Positions 29,491 through 38,265 are shown, counted from the stretch's first letter. The stretch: DNA of 61,443 bases from an uncultured virus (IMG/VR IMGVR_UViG_3300046513_000217) (IMGVR_UViG_3300046513_000217), one strand, 5' to 3'. Translations and numbers: made by a program. Notes: generated by a model not told the origin, from the letters alone.

Positions 29491-29664
29491 TCAGTTCCTT
29501 CCCTTCCGGGCGTCTTCCATCTCGATCCCGACCTTGCAGAGATCGGTGATCAGCTGGCGCAGATCGTCCTCGGTCATGCTCGGGGTCGGCTTGAAGGTGA
29601 TGCCGACCGTCGACTTCGCTTGCCTCGGGTAGACGGTGTGATCGAAGAACTTGGAGACCTGCAT
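29491..29664 (-). CDS. hypothetical protein
   Basis: GGAG RBS, downstream of a repeat element. Confidence 0.45.
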   Translation of the reverse strand: MQVSKFFDHTVYPRQAKSTVGITFKPTPSMTEDDLRQLITDLCKVGIEMEDARKGRN

Positions 29665-29691
29665 GGTCAGCTCCGTTTGCGTTTGCACTGT

Positions 29692-29705
29692 TTGCATTCA
29701 AGCAA
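29692..29705 (-). promoter_or_regulatory. 14-bp element TTGCTTGAATGCAA
   Basis: exact copy. Confidence 0.7.
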
Positions 29706-29755
29706 GGACAAAGGCAAGTGCAAATTGCCCTGTCCGTAGAACTACTGATGTGATG

Positions 29756-29848
29756 ACTGCCGGGTGGGGGTCGAACCCACGCCTTTAGTGAAATAATTTC
29801 ACGTCCACCGGGGCAACCGGTGCGCTCTACCGACTGAGCTACCAGCAG
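29756..29848 (-). ncRNA. aberrant tRNA-like RNA (TGC at the anticodon position, extra 25-nt arm, no CCA)
   Basis: acceptor CTGCTGG/CCGGCAG, D arm TAGCTCAGTCGGTAGAGC, T arm GTGGG-TTCGACC-CCCAC. Confidence 0.7.
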
Positions 29849-29941
29849 CCACCACACCATTTCGTTCGCGCGATCAGTGGCTTAGGGCCTTAATAGCGCC
29901 ACGTTTTCGTGCGAGAAAGTGAGGGTCGAAACGCCCCAAAA

Positions 29942-30235
29942 TCAGCGTCCAGGAAATTCGAGGATAATTCCCGAATTAAGGGCCGCCGGGGTATTTTCCG
30001 GACCGGCCGACCGAATTACGAAGGCCGCCTCCAGCTCCTCGATCGTGGCCCTGATGACAGAGGCCGGGATGCCACGAGAGCCCAAGACGCAGGCCGCCTC
30101 GGCGAGCATGACTGACTGGGACGGGGAGATGCCAGACCGCGCAGAGTATGCCCGGTACAGAGCGAAGAGCCGGTCCCTGAGGGGCTGAGCCGATGAGGTC
30201 GGGGCCGCCGTAGAGCCTACAATCACAGTGTACAT
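29942..30235 (-). CDS. hypothetical (possible wHTH) protein
   Basis: GGAG RBS; SQSVMLAE...SVIRATIEELEAA.VI. Confidence 0.5.
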   Translation of the reverse strand: MYTVIVGSTAAPTSSAQPLRDRLFALYRAYSARSGISPSQSVMLAEAACVLGSRGIPASVIRATIEELEAAFVIRSAGPENTPAALNSGIILEFPGR

Positions 30236-30629
30236 CGCAGTTCTCCATTCGCGGGCCGCCGGATAGGCACACCCTCAAGATTGAGATTGAATAGGGGGTA
30301 CAGAGACAGGGGGAGGAGAGACCGGCCAGTGATTGAGCCTGATCTCGGTTCCTCACCAGACTTGCCCTGAAGAGCACCCAAGGGGCGCTAACAGGCCTTC
30401 AAACGCACCAACTCAGGCCAGAACGATGGAAGTTCGTCGCTTCGGCCTTTCTCATCCCATAAAAGGGATTTGATTATTTCGACCCTGAAATCGACCAAAT
30501 GAGCCCCTCTGGACACCATATGTAGTGCCAGAGAGGCCTAAAATGACCCCAAAAGGGGGGTCTAGACACCTGAAATGGGGTTGGACCTACTAGATGTTGA
30601 AATTGTCCTTGGTCCGAGGACAGGGGACG

Positions 30630-30884
30630 CTATCTGGTGAGGCGTTCAAGAGCGGCTATTTGCGGTTCGAACCCCGATAGGGAGGCTCGACCGCCGAGAT
30701 GCCAGCCGGCGTAGGCAAAGGTGCAAAGGAAAATGCAAGCGACGGGCACGGGAATGATGATGCTCGACAGTCTTCTCATGACGTACTCTCCTGTTACTCG
30801 TTTGGGTTTGGGATCGCCATCCGGGCTGGTGGTCAGGTGGCCCGGTTCACCCGCATCCGGGTTGAACTCCCGGATTGCATTCAT
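30630..30884 (-). CDS. small membrane protein
   Basis: hydrophobic segment IIIPVPVACIFLCTFAYAGW. Confidence 0.45.
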   Translation of the reverse strand: MNAIREFNPDAGEPGHLTTSPDGDPKPKRVTGEYVMRRLSSIIIPVPVACIFLCTFAYAGWHLGGRASLSGFEPQIAALERLTR

Positions 30885-31108
30885 GCAAAGCGGTGGACAC
30901 GCCGAGCTGAGACGTCGATCGGCATGGTGGCCCGCATACGGGAGCCGGTGATGATCGCGTCCTCGAGATCGTCGGTGTAGTAGGCGGAGGGCTCGGCGTC
31001 GGCGTGCGGCAGCTCGGCGTATGCGATGCGGAACTCGGAGCCGGATCGGGACATCCTCATGCCGGAGAGGGCCAGGCGCTGACGTGCTTCTGCGATGGTG
31101 ATGGACAT
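30881..31108 (-). CDS. hypothetical phage early protein
   Basis: EFRI...YYTDDLEDA..TG. Confidence 0.6.
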   Translation of the reverse strand: MSITIAEARQRLALSGMRMSRSGSEFRIAYAELPHADAEPSAYYTDDLEDAIITGSRMRATMPIDVSARRVHRFA

Positions 31109-31118
31109 GGTCGTGCTT

Positions 31119-31322
31119 TCAGTTGGGCATGGGGGTGAGGCGCTCGATCCAGTCCGCGAGGAGGCGGATGCAGTTGAGGCCGGTGACGTCTTTCTCCAGG
31201 GCGCGCTGCCAGCCAGCGATGAGCATGGGCTCATGGCCTTCGAGCGCGTCGAAGCGGGTGGTGAGGCGGCGGTAGGCCCGATAGGCAGGCCAGTAGCCGC
31301 GGCACTTGCGGACGGTGCTCAT
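31119..31322 (-). CDS. hypothetical protein
   Basis: coupled ORF. Confidence 0.45.
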   Translation of the reverse strand: MSTVRKCRGYWPAYRAYRRLTTRFDALEGHEPMLIAGWQRALEKDVTGLNCIRLLADWIERLTPMPN

Positions 31323-31837
31323 TTGGTCGTCAGCCCGAACCCGCCGACGCGGATCCGCTTACTGAACTGATTGACCTCGATCACGCCGCGGGCGACGCCG
31401 TGCTCGTCCTCGATCGTGTAGGACTTGCGGGTGCGGTACTCGGGCAGCTCGCAGTCCTCGGAGCACGCATAGGGGTCGCGTCCCTTGCGCTTCTTGGGCG
31501 CGATGCGGCTGATGCGGGAGGGCGGGACCGGATCGTGGATGGACTTCGGCTCGTGGTTGCCGGTCTTGCCCATGGGATCGGGGTTCTCGTTCCAAGCGTC
31601 CATCATGGTGATCCACTTGTCGTTCTCGACGATGGATCGGGTGAAGCTGTCGACCTCAGCGCGGGGCGCACGGGGCGCGGGGGCAGCCGTGGGCGTGGCG
31701 AAGTTCTCAGCCAGCCAAGCGTCCGCCTTCTCGCGGGAGAGCTCAAAACGACCGTTGGCCTGATCGCGGGCGATTTGGCGCTCGGCCTGCGTCATGATTT
31801 GGCGCGCAGTGGGGCGTTCGATGAAGCGCTTGGCCAT
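31319..31837 (-). CDS. hypothetical protein
   Basis: GGAG RBS, MAKRF start. Confidence 0.6.
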   Translation of the reverse strand: MAKRFIERPTARQIMTQAERQIARDQANGRFELSREKADAWLAENFATPTAAPAPRAPRAEVDSFTRSIVENDKWITMMDAWNENPDPMGKTGNHEPKSIHDPVPPSRISRIAPKKRKGRDPYACSEDCELPEYRTRKSYTIEDEHGVARGVIEVNQFSKRIRVGGFGLTTK

Positions 31838-32026
31838 CGCAGATTCTCCGAAGATAGGGGTGGGGGTCGCGTCCCGAGTGGAATGTCGTCGGGATTTGCC
31901 GGCGCCCTCACGCTCCGACACAGAGCCAGAGCGTCCGCAGGGTGCGGGGAAATCTCGATTTAGGTCAGCCGAAATCCCCCGGGGAAGTGATCCCCGGAGG
32001 CTTCGCGTCGTGGGTGGTGGGTGGAG

Positions 32027-32794
32027 TTAGGCGGCTGCCTTGATCAACTCCGGAGCGGCTTCCGCTTCCGCTTCCGCATCTTCCGCGCTGAAAGCCGCTT
32101 CCGCCGCAGCTGCATCAGCCGTGAAGGTGGAAAGCCGTTCCTGCATCTTGGCGACGAAAACCGCCAGCTCCGCCAAGTCGGTAATCTCCTCCGCCGCCGC
32201 GATGGCCTTTTCCAGAACCGTCTTTTGGGCCTTTTCGGACGGTGCCTTGGCGAAGTGGTCGACCAAGCCGGAGAAGCTTTCGGGATAGGTGCCGCGAACG
32301 AACCCCTCGAAATGGTCCGCGATCGCCTCGCCGTTCAAGCCGTCCCGCTCCATTTGGGCGAGGTGCAGGATAGTGGCGGAGTGATTCGTGATCATGTCTT
32401 TGACCAGCTCTTTCACAACCGTCTTGGCGCGTTCCAGACCCGGAACCAAGCGGCTGCCCTTGGCCTTTTTCATGACGTATTCGCGCGCGGCCAGTTTCTT
32501 GGCATCGCCTCGCATGGCGCGAATGCGTTCCACTTCCGACTCGGTGCCGCGCCAAACCATGTTGCCGGACAGAATATGGTGCTGCAAAAACACCTGCCAC
32601 GTATTGTTGATACGCTTTTCGTCGACTTCTCCGCCTCCGATAACCGCTTCCACCTGCTTTGCGGCGTTCATGCCTGCAAGGTTGATTGCCACCTTGTAGA
32701 AGGCCGACTCGATGTTCGCGGCTGCCTTGATCGCGTCCGCCATGACGATAGCGGAAAACGACTTAGTGACGGTATTGTTAGCGCCGTTGGTCAT
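32027..32794 (-). CDS. Ala/Glu-rich helical hypothetical protein, first gene after the AT-rich region
   Basis: 255-aa ORF, AAGGA RBS, acidic EAEAEA tail. Confidence 0.75.
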   Translation of the reverse strand: MTNGANNTVTKSFSAIVMADAIKAAANIESAFYKVAINLAGMNAAKQVEAVIGGGEVDEKRINNTWQVFLQHHILSGNMVWRGTESEVERIRAMRGDAKKLAAREYVMKKAKGSRLVPGLERAKTVVKELVKDMITNHSATILHLAQMERDGLNGEAIADHFEGFVRGTYPESFSGLVDHFAKAPSEKAQKTVLEKAIAAAEEITDLAELAVFVAKMQERLSTFTADAAAAEAAFSAEDAEAEAEAAPELIKAAA

Positions 32795-33082
32795 TTTCAG
32801 TTTTCCTTTTCAGTTTCCGCACCATGCGGGAGATTTTGAAGTTTAGGCATAGCTCTCCCGTGCTCTGAGACTGTGTGTCCCTGAGAGTTCCCCGCGCGTG
32901 GAGTCCTGAGACTCCCGCTCAAAGAATGATCACGTTTGCTTTTGCCTTCCTTCCGTTTGCTTTCCAGTGACTTCACTCTAGAACATTCAAACATGATTGG
33001 AAGCACAATAAAAACATCAATGATTTCAATGGGTTGCAAGGCTAGATTTGCATTGTCTTCAATTGAGTCGTTGCATTCAAGC

Positions 33083-33095
33083 TAAGCCATTGATT
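33083..33095 (-). promoter_or_regulatory. IHF-consensus site
   Basis: AATCAATGGCTTA matches WATCAANNNNTTR; near-match TTTCAATGGGTTG at 33024-33036. Confidence 0.45.
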
Positions 33096-33523
33096 TGATT
33101 ACACAATCTCTGTTTCGGAAAAGGGGAAGTCTTCGGCTTTGGCGAAGTTCCCTTCTGAAAAACAGAAGAATGACCTTGGTCTGTGTAGAATAATCTTCCT
33201 TTGTTTCCTCGAAAAGAGAATAATTTTTTATTGACTAGGCCCCCGGCTCCGGCTGAGAGGTCAAGATTATTTTCGCCTAAAAGCGAATTACGCCAAGGCC
33301 TTGGCCCATCTCGCCCAAACGGCTGGTCAGGCTTGCAGCGCGGCCCGTCCAGGAGCTGGCTGGATCAGGACAGTGTCTCGGAGCACCCAGGCGGCCCGCC
33401 TCTCCACGGGCTTCCCTGGCGTTTGCATGAAAGGGGGGTGGCCTGATAATTCGGGCGGCCCTGTTTTGGGGCCCCATTTGCGCGCCGCACGCCTAAAAGA
33501 GCATTTGCCGTGGGTAGCGAGCG

Positions 33524-34465
33524 CTACGCGCTGAGGAGACCAAGATCCAGCTGGCGGTCGTCGTTGGCGGGCCGTCGCTTGCGTGGCGCCCTTCCGATGT
33601 ACCCCACCATCTTCGGGAGGTCGTGACCGGCGAGCGCTACGCGCTTCCCTTTGATCACCACGTGCGCAGGGTTGTCGTTGGCGGCGGCCGGCGATCGCGT
33701 AGCTGCGACCTTCATGCACATCTCGACGAAGTAATCCTCGTCGTAGTCCTGCTTCATGAAGTTGACGTCCTTGTGGACCCACTGGATGTTGCCGGCCTCA
33801 TAGGCCTTGTCGCTGTCGATCCGGTCGAGCGAAGCGGTGCCGTTGTCCTTGTTGCTGACGGCAAGGGTGATCGCCTGGCCGCTGAGGGCACACCGTCCGC
33901 CCTGAGCCTGGAAGACCGCAAGAGCATCAGCCTTGGTTACCGCGACCTCGATATTCCGGGTCCGGGCGCCTTTGACGATCTTGTTCCACCGGCTGTTCAG
34001 CAGCAGCTGGCCAGCCAAGATCCGAACCTTGCGCTCCTCGAACGCAATCTGGGTCCGCTCATACCGGGACTTGCTCTCGACCTTCTTCTGGCGATTTGCC
34101 TCTCCCCGGGCTCGGAGACTGGTGCCGCAGCCATCGCAGAGCGGCACGGTGCTCTCGCGGAGCAGCCTGTTCGGCTCGAACCACTGCTCGCCACTGCAAT
34201 CGGCGCACACGCACCTCCAGGGCACGGCTCCAGACGGATTCGGCATGGCCCCGCGCTCGATCGCGGTCCAGTTGCCGAACTTCTGTCCCGTCAGATCGCG
34301 AGCTGGTCGTCCTGAAATCTTGGGCGCAACACCCATCCGACGCCGCTGCATGTAGCGGGCCTTCTTCAGCGCAGCCGCCGAGGGAGGTGCATAAACCGTC
34401 GTGTCGTCCTTCCTCGGGCGCCCTCTCGGACGTTTGGGCAGGGCTGTTTCGACGGCGTCTTGCAT
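33524..34465 (-). CDS. HNH-type homing endonuclease with N-terminal AT-hook
   Basis: KRPRGRPRK; DLTGQKFG...W.C.C; QGGRCALSG; SLDRIDSDKAYEAGNIQWV...N.MK. Confidence 0.8.
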   Translation of the reverse strand: MQDAVETALPKRPRGRPRKDDTTVYAPPSAAALKKARYMQRRRMGVAPKISGRPARDLTGQKFGNWTAIERGAMPNPSGAVPWRCVCADCSGEQWFEPNRLLRESTVPLCDGCGTSLRARGEANRQKKVESKSRYERTQIAFEERKVRILAGQLLLNSRWNKIVKGARTRNIEVAVTKADALAVFQAQGGRCALSGQAITLAVSNKDNGTASLDRIDSDKAYEAGNIQWVHKDVNFMKQDYDEDYFVEMCMKVAATRSPAAANDNPAHVVIKGKRVALAGHDLPKMVGYIGRAPRKRRPANDDRQLDLGLLSA

Positions 34466-34710
34466 GCTGCTGAACTAGCATGAATGCAAATGCAGGGCAA
34501 ATTTTGATGCTCTCGGTCTCGCCGAGGCCACCGAGTGTAGCGAGGGCTTCGCCCTGGAGAGAGTCTGCACCCCCGCGCCGCCTGGATTGCCGCATGGCCG
34601 GCGAGGGCTTCGCCCTGTTAGATCCAGCCTCGCCGCGCCATCGTGCGGGCCGACTTTGCCGGTTCGATTGCCGGTAGCGAGCGCTCCGCGCTGATGATAT
34701 CGAACCGGCC

Positions 34711-35031
34711 ATGAGCCGCCCGACCCAACATCCGACCAGCCGGCGCTGCGAGCACTGCGGCGAGGTCTTCGTCCTGGGTCGCCGCAAGAAGAAACGGTTC
34801 TGCACGGCCCGGTGTGTCGCCCTCTGGCGCGAGCGGCTCGCCCGGCTTCGCCGGATGAAGCTCCCACCTCCGCCGCCCCGCGTGCGCCGGAAGCCTGGCC
34901 GCATCGAGTGGAAGATCTCCGGAGGGCAGAACAGCCGTGGCATGGCGCCGACACCGAAGCGGCAGATCTACGTCCCGCGTCCCGGCTCCGGCTGGTCTCG
35001 GCTGCTGTGGCGCTCGGGCTTCCGAGAGTAG
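34711..35031 (+). CDS. basic Zn-finger protein
   Basis: CEHCGEVF...RFCTARC. Confidence 0.5.
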   Translation: MSRPTQHPTSRRCEHCGEVFVLGRRKKKRFCTARCVALWRERLARLRRMKLPPPPPRVRRKPGRIEWKISGGQNSRGMAPTPKRQIYVPRPGSGWSRLLWRSGFRE

Positions 35032-35050
35032 CGAGCGCTCCGCGCTGGAG

Positions 35051-35353
35051 TCAGACATTCCCGCCGCAGTGCCGGCACTGACGATGCTCGACCGGCCGGA
35101 ATGCGTCCTTGATCGGGTGGTCAGGGTCCTCGTAGAGGCCGCCGCTGACCACGCTGATGTTGGTGTCGACGTCGGGGTGCCGCCAGTCACGGCGGGCCGT
35201 GTGCGCGTAGCGGGCGCCCGGGAAGATGGGCTCTCCCTTCGGGGCCGGCTGCTCCGCGGTGCAGACCGGCTTCTTCGCCTCGATGTCGCGGAGGATCTGC
35301 TCGGCCGTGCTGCCGGCGACGCCTCCGTTGTATAGCAGGACGTGTCGCTTCAC
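35051..35353 (-). CDS. hypothetical protein
   Basis: ORF ending CRHCGGNV. Confidence 0.5.
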   Translation of the reverse strand: MKRHVLLYNGGVAGSTAEQILRDIEAKKPVCTAEQPAPKGEPIFPGARYAHTARRDWRHPDVDTNISVVSGGLYEDPDHPIKDAFRPVEHRQCRHCGGNV

Positions 35354-35556
35354 TGGCCTTCTCCTCGGCTCGGCCTGCCCATCCGCGAACCGAGCTGGAG
35401 CTTGTCTGCCAACTCGACCATCTTCCAGATTTTCTCCGGGACGAAGTAGTGGGCGCCGTCGAGTTCGTAGACCCTGGTGCCGGCATAGTCGGCGGTGAGC
35501 TTGCCGTGCCGGACGGCGCGGGCCCCAGCGATATTGCTGACGGAATGTCCGCTCAC
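35350..35556 (-). CDS. hypothetical protein
   Basis: coupled GTG-start ORF. Confidence 0.45.
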   Translation of the reverse strand: MSGHSVSNIAGARAVRHGKLTADYAGTRVYELDGAHYFVPEKIWKMVELADKLQLGSRMGRPSRGEGQ

Positions 35557-35825
35557 AGCCGCACCAGAATCAGGTCTTCGATCGAGAACCCGTCCGTGTA
35601 TCCGCACCGGTTCTTGATCTCGTCGTCGCTGGCGATCCCGATGTTAATCTCCTTCAGCACGTCAAGGCCGGCATCCTGGTATTCCCAGGTCATATGCACG
35701 ACCACGTACTCGTCGGGCCATTCCGCGGCATACTGGGCCGTCTCGGCCACGCGCACGCGGCAGCCGAGCTGGATATCTTGGATCAGCTGGCGCACGATCG
35801 CGCCGGGTTTCGTCATCGCGTTCAT
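35553..35825 (-). CDS. hypothetical protein
   Basis: G.RVRV...TDGFSIEDL. Confidence 0.55.
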   Translation of the reverse strand: MNAMTKPGAIVRQLIQDIQLGCRVRVAETAQYAAEWPDEYVVVHMTWEYQDAGLDVLKEINIGIASDDEIKNRCGYTDGFSIEDLILVRL

Positions 35826-35951
35826 CAGGTCACTCTCCGGCGAAATACCAGTCGGCCACCTTGCGGAGGAGGCCCGTGTTGTTGGCGATGACGAGGCCGC
35901 CGATCAGCGCGATCGCAACGACGACGCCCACGAGGGCAGCGGTCTTGGACA

Positions 35952-36269
35952 TCACGGCAGCTTGGTCGGCCGCGGCGTATTGAGGCCCTGGCGGATCCTC
36001 CACCACAGGCCGGCCCCGTTCTCGCATTCCGAGACAGGCGGCACCGCATCGAGGCCGTGCTTGCGCTGGAGCATCTGACCGACACCCTTGTCCTCCGGCC
36101 AGGTCGCTCCGTGGTCGAGGCACTTCAGCACGTAGGGAGAGGGCAGCTCGACCTGGTTCTTCATCGCGTCGAGCAGCTCCATCTGGAACTCAAGCGCCAG
36201 CAGCAGCTCGCGGCGGAGCTGGTCGGGCGAAAGCCGGTTGATGTAGTTCTCGTCGACCCACTTGCTCAC
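35952..36269 (-). CDS. hypothetical protein
   Basis: coupled GTG-start ORF. Confidence 0.5.
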   Translation of the reverse strand: MSKWVDENYINRLSPDQLRRELLLALEFQMELLDAMKNQVELPSPYVLKCLDHGATWPEDKGVGQMLQRKHGLDAVPPVSECENGAGLWWRIRQGLNTPRPTKLP

Positions 36270-36628
36270 ATGTGGTCTCCGAGGTTGCGCTTGAACTCGC
36301 GCAGAAAGGCGTTGGCCTCGTCGAGGTCGGCCGGCAGCTTCGTCTCCCATGAGACCGAGACTCGAGAGATCGGCGTCGGTATCGCGAACGGGGTGTGGCG
36401 GAACAGCCAGAGAAACTGGCGCCGGCTCTGGAATGGTCGGAAGGTCCGGCCGCGGATCTTTCGGGTCTCGCCCGGCAGCGGGTGCCGCCACTGGAAGCTG
36501 TTCAGCTGTGCGCCGAAGCCGCCGATCCAGGTGTAGAGGTGGCCGCTCAGCCAGTAGAACCGGTCGTCGAAGTAGGGGGACGCCAGACCGTGGCCGTTTC
36601 CGAAGATTTTGTGGTCGAGGAAGAGCAT
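36266..36628 (-). CDS. hypothetical protein
   Basis: aromatic-rich ORF. Confidence 0.5.
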   Translation of the reverse strand: MLFLDHKIFGNGHGLASPYFDDRFYWLSGHLYTWIGGFGAQLNSFQWRHPLPGETRKIRGRTFRPFQSRRQFLWLFRHTPFAIPTPISRVSVSWETKLPADLDEANAFLREFKRNLGDHM

Positions 36629-36718
36629 CCGACTTGACTAGCACGAATGCAAATGCAATGCAAAAGTTAGGTCGGGCGGGCGCTTCGCGCCAGAGTCAAA
36701 CCAAACCGCGCCGCCAGA

Positions 36719-37327
36719 TCAGCCGAACTGATCCGAGACGCGGGAGAACGCCGGGTGCGCCCGATTTTTGACCTTCACCCAATCGCAGGTCTTCGGCCGG
36801 TACCGCCGCTCGCGGTGCTTGGACACGATGCCCTCAAGGTCCATTCGGCACGCGGCCTCGAACAGGCCTGGCCCGATCTCGCCGCTCTCGAACGGCGCCA
36901 CGAATATGCCCTCCGGCCGCCCACGCAGCAGCTTGGCCAGCCGATCCTTGCGCTCGAACAGCGGCAGCTCGCGGAGGTCGTCGCCGTCTGCCGCGATCAG
37001 GTCGAAAGCGTAGAGCTGCGCCGCGTCGTTGCTCCGGCCGGAGTGCAGGGCGCTGAAATCGGAGATCCCCTGGACATCGAGCACGCAGATTTCGCCGTCG
37101 ATCACGAAGCGGGACAGGCGGATCTTCGACGCCGCCTCGACGATCCAGGGGAAGCGCCAGGTCCAGTCGAGGCCTGCCTTCGAGCGCACCTGGACGACGT
37201 CGCCGTCTCGGATCACCCGCCCGCGGTAGCCGTCGTACTTGACCTCGTGGATCCAGTCCGGGCCACGGGGCACGACCTTCCGGGCGATCGGCTTGCAGAA
37301 CTCAAACTCTCTGGGCATAGCCGGCAT
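36719..37327 (-). CDS. ATP-dependent DNA ligase, adenylation domain only (LigD/LigC-like)
   Basis: WIHEVKYDGYR, IDGEI, YAFDLI, EGIVSK, WVKVKN; no OB domain. Confidence 0.85.
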   Translation of the reverse strand: MPAMPREFEFCKPIARKVVPRGPDWIHEVKYDGYRGRVIRDGDVVQVRSKAGLDWTWRFPWIVEAASKIRLSRFVIDGEICVLDVQGISDFSALHSGRSNDAAQLYAFDLIAADGDDLRELPLFERKDRLAKLLRGRPEGIFVAPFESGEIGPGLFEAACRMDLEGIVSKHRERRYRPKTCDWVKVKNRAHPAFSRVSDQFG

Positions 37328-37810
37328 CTATGCATCCGAGTTCGATTTGCGAGTCCTGTCACCGAAGCCATGATGCACCGTGCGAACGTGTTCCGGGATG
37401 CTGGCATTGGTGATCTCGGCGCCGCAGAAGCAGCGCGACCGGTCCTCTCTGGTCTGCGTCGGCAACAGCAACTTCTCGTCCCACATCCGGTATTTCCACG
37501 CGGTGCTGTCTCGCTGATAGCGCCAGCGCTCGAAGGCTTCCTCGGTGATCCGGGGTCTAAGCTGGCGCCATGCGCGCTCGAAAGCGGACCGGCACTCCTC
37601 GAAGGTCGAGCCGGTTCCTTGCGCGCCCTCGCCGACATCGGTGCCCGGGTAGAAGCCGAGGCTCCAGCCCCACTGGTCTGCCGTCGTTGGAACGCCGGCT
37701 CGGGTGCCGATGTGGCCTATCCGGACGTCGCCGAAGTACACATCCCATCCTTTTTGGTGGGGATTATCGTCGCGTCGTCGGGTGAGAACCGGGTCGGACA
37801 GGGGTGTCAT
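37328..37810 (-). CDS. hypothetical protein (Bradyrhizobium-prophage-like)
   Basis: LTRRR...W.VYFGDVRIG.I..RAG.P...WGW..GFYP; start uncertain. Confidence 0.6.
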   Translation of the reverse strand: MTPLSDPVLTRRRDDNPHQKGWDVYFGDVRIGHIGTRAGVPTTADQWGWSLGFYPGTDVGEGAQGTGSTFEECRSAFERAWRQLRPRITEEAFERWRYQRDSTAWKYRMWDEKLLLPTQTREDRSRCFCGAEITNASIPEHVRTVHHGFGDRTRKSNSDA

Positions 37811-37929
37811 CCTGGTTGACAGGGGTGTCAACTGAGATCTCAGGGGGGTGTCAACTCAGATGACAGGGGTGTCAACCAGGATCACACCATAAACCATCAC
37901 TATAACCACCACTCTGAACCACCACTTAA
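37797..37929. repeat. iteron-like repeats (4x CAGGGG(GG)TGTCA) plus 3x AACCA(T/C)CACT
   Basis: copies at ~37797, 37816, 37841, 37861; 12-13-bp repeats at ~37891-37927. Confidence 0.75.
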
Positions 37930-38049
37930 GATCTCTCCCTGAGCGCGCTGGCTGGGTTCCCGCTCGGGTTTCCACAGTCAGGCCGGAAAATCGACCCAAC
38001 TGTTGAAACCGGGTTCCCCATTTGCATTTTCGTTTGCATCGGTACCCTG

Positions 38050-38090
38050 GAGGGGTTGACAGAACCCCACCCCCTGCTGTAGTACTTGCT
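38050..38090 (+). promoter_or_regulatory. sigma70-like promoter; 19 bp identical to 58309-58327
   Basis: GAGGGGTTGACAGAACCCC with TTGACA -35 and TAGTAC-like -10. Confidence 0.6.
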
Positions 38091-38251
38091 GTAGCGTTAG
38101 CATTCGTGCAAACGTAACCAAGCCCCCAAGACACGGCCCGGACAATCAGCCGGGACATTGGGCGGTGCCCGGACCCACTAACCCCATGCTGCGACCCCCG
38201 CTCAGGCGGCGGCGCCCGGCCAGGCGATAGGAGTTCGGCGTGTCCGGGGGC

Positions 38252-38265
38252 TTGCTTGAATGCAA
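38252..38265 (+). promoter_or_regulatory. 14-bp element TTGCTTGAATGCAA
   Basis: exact copy before the first rightward gene. Confidence 0.7.
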
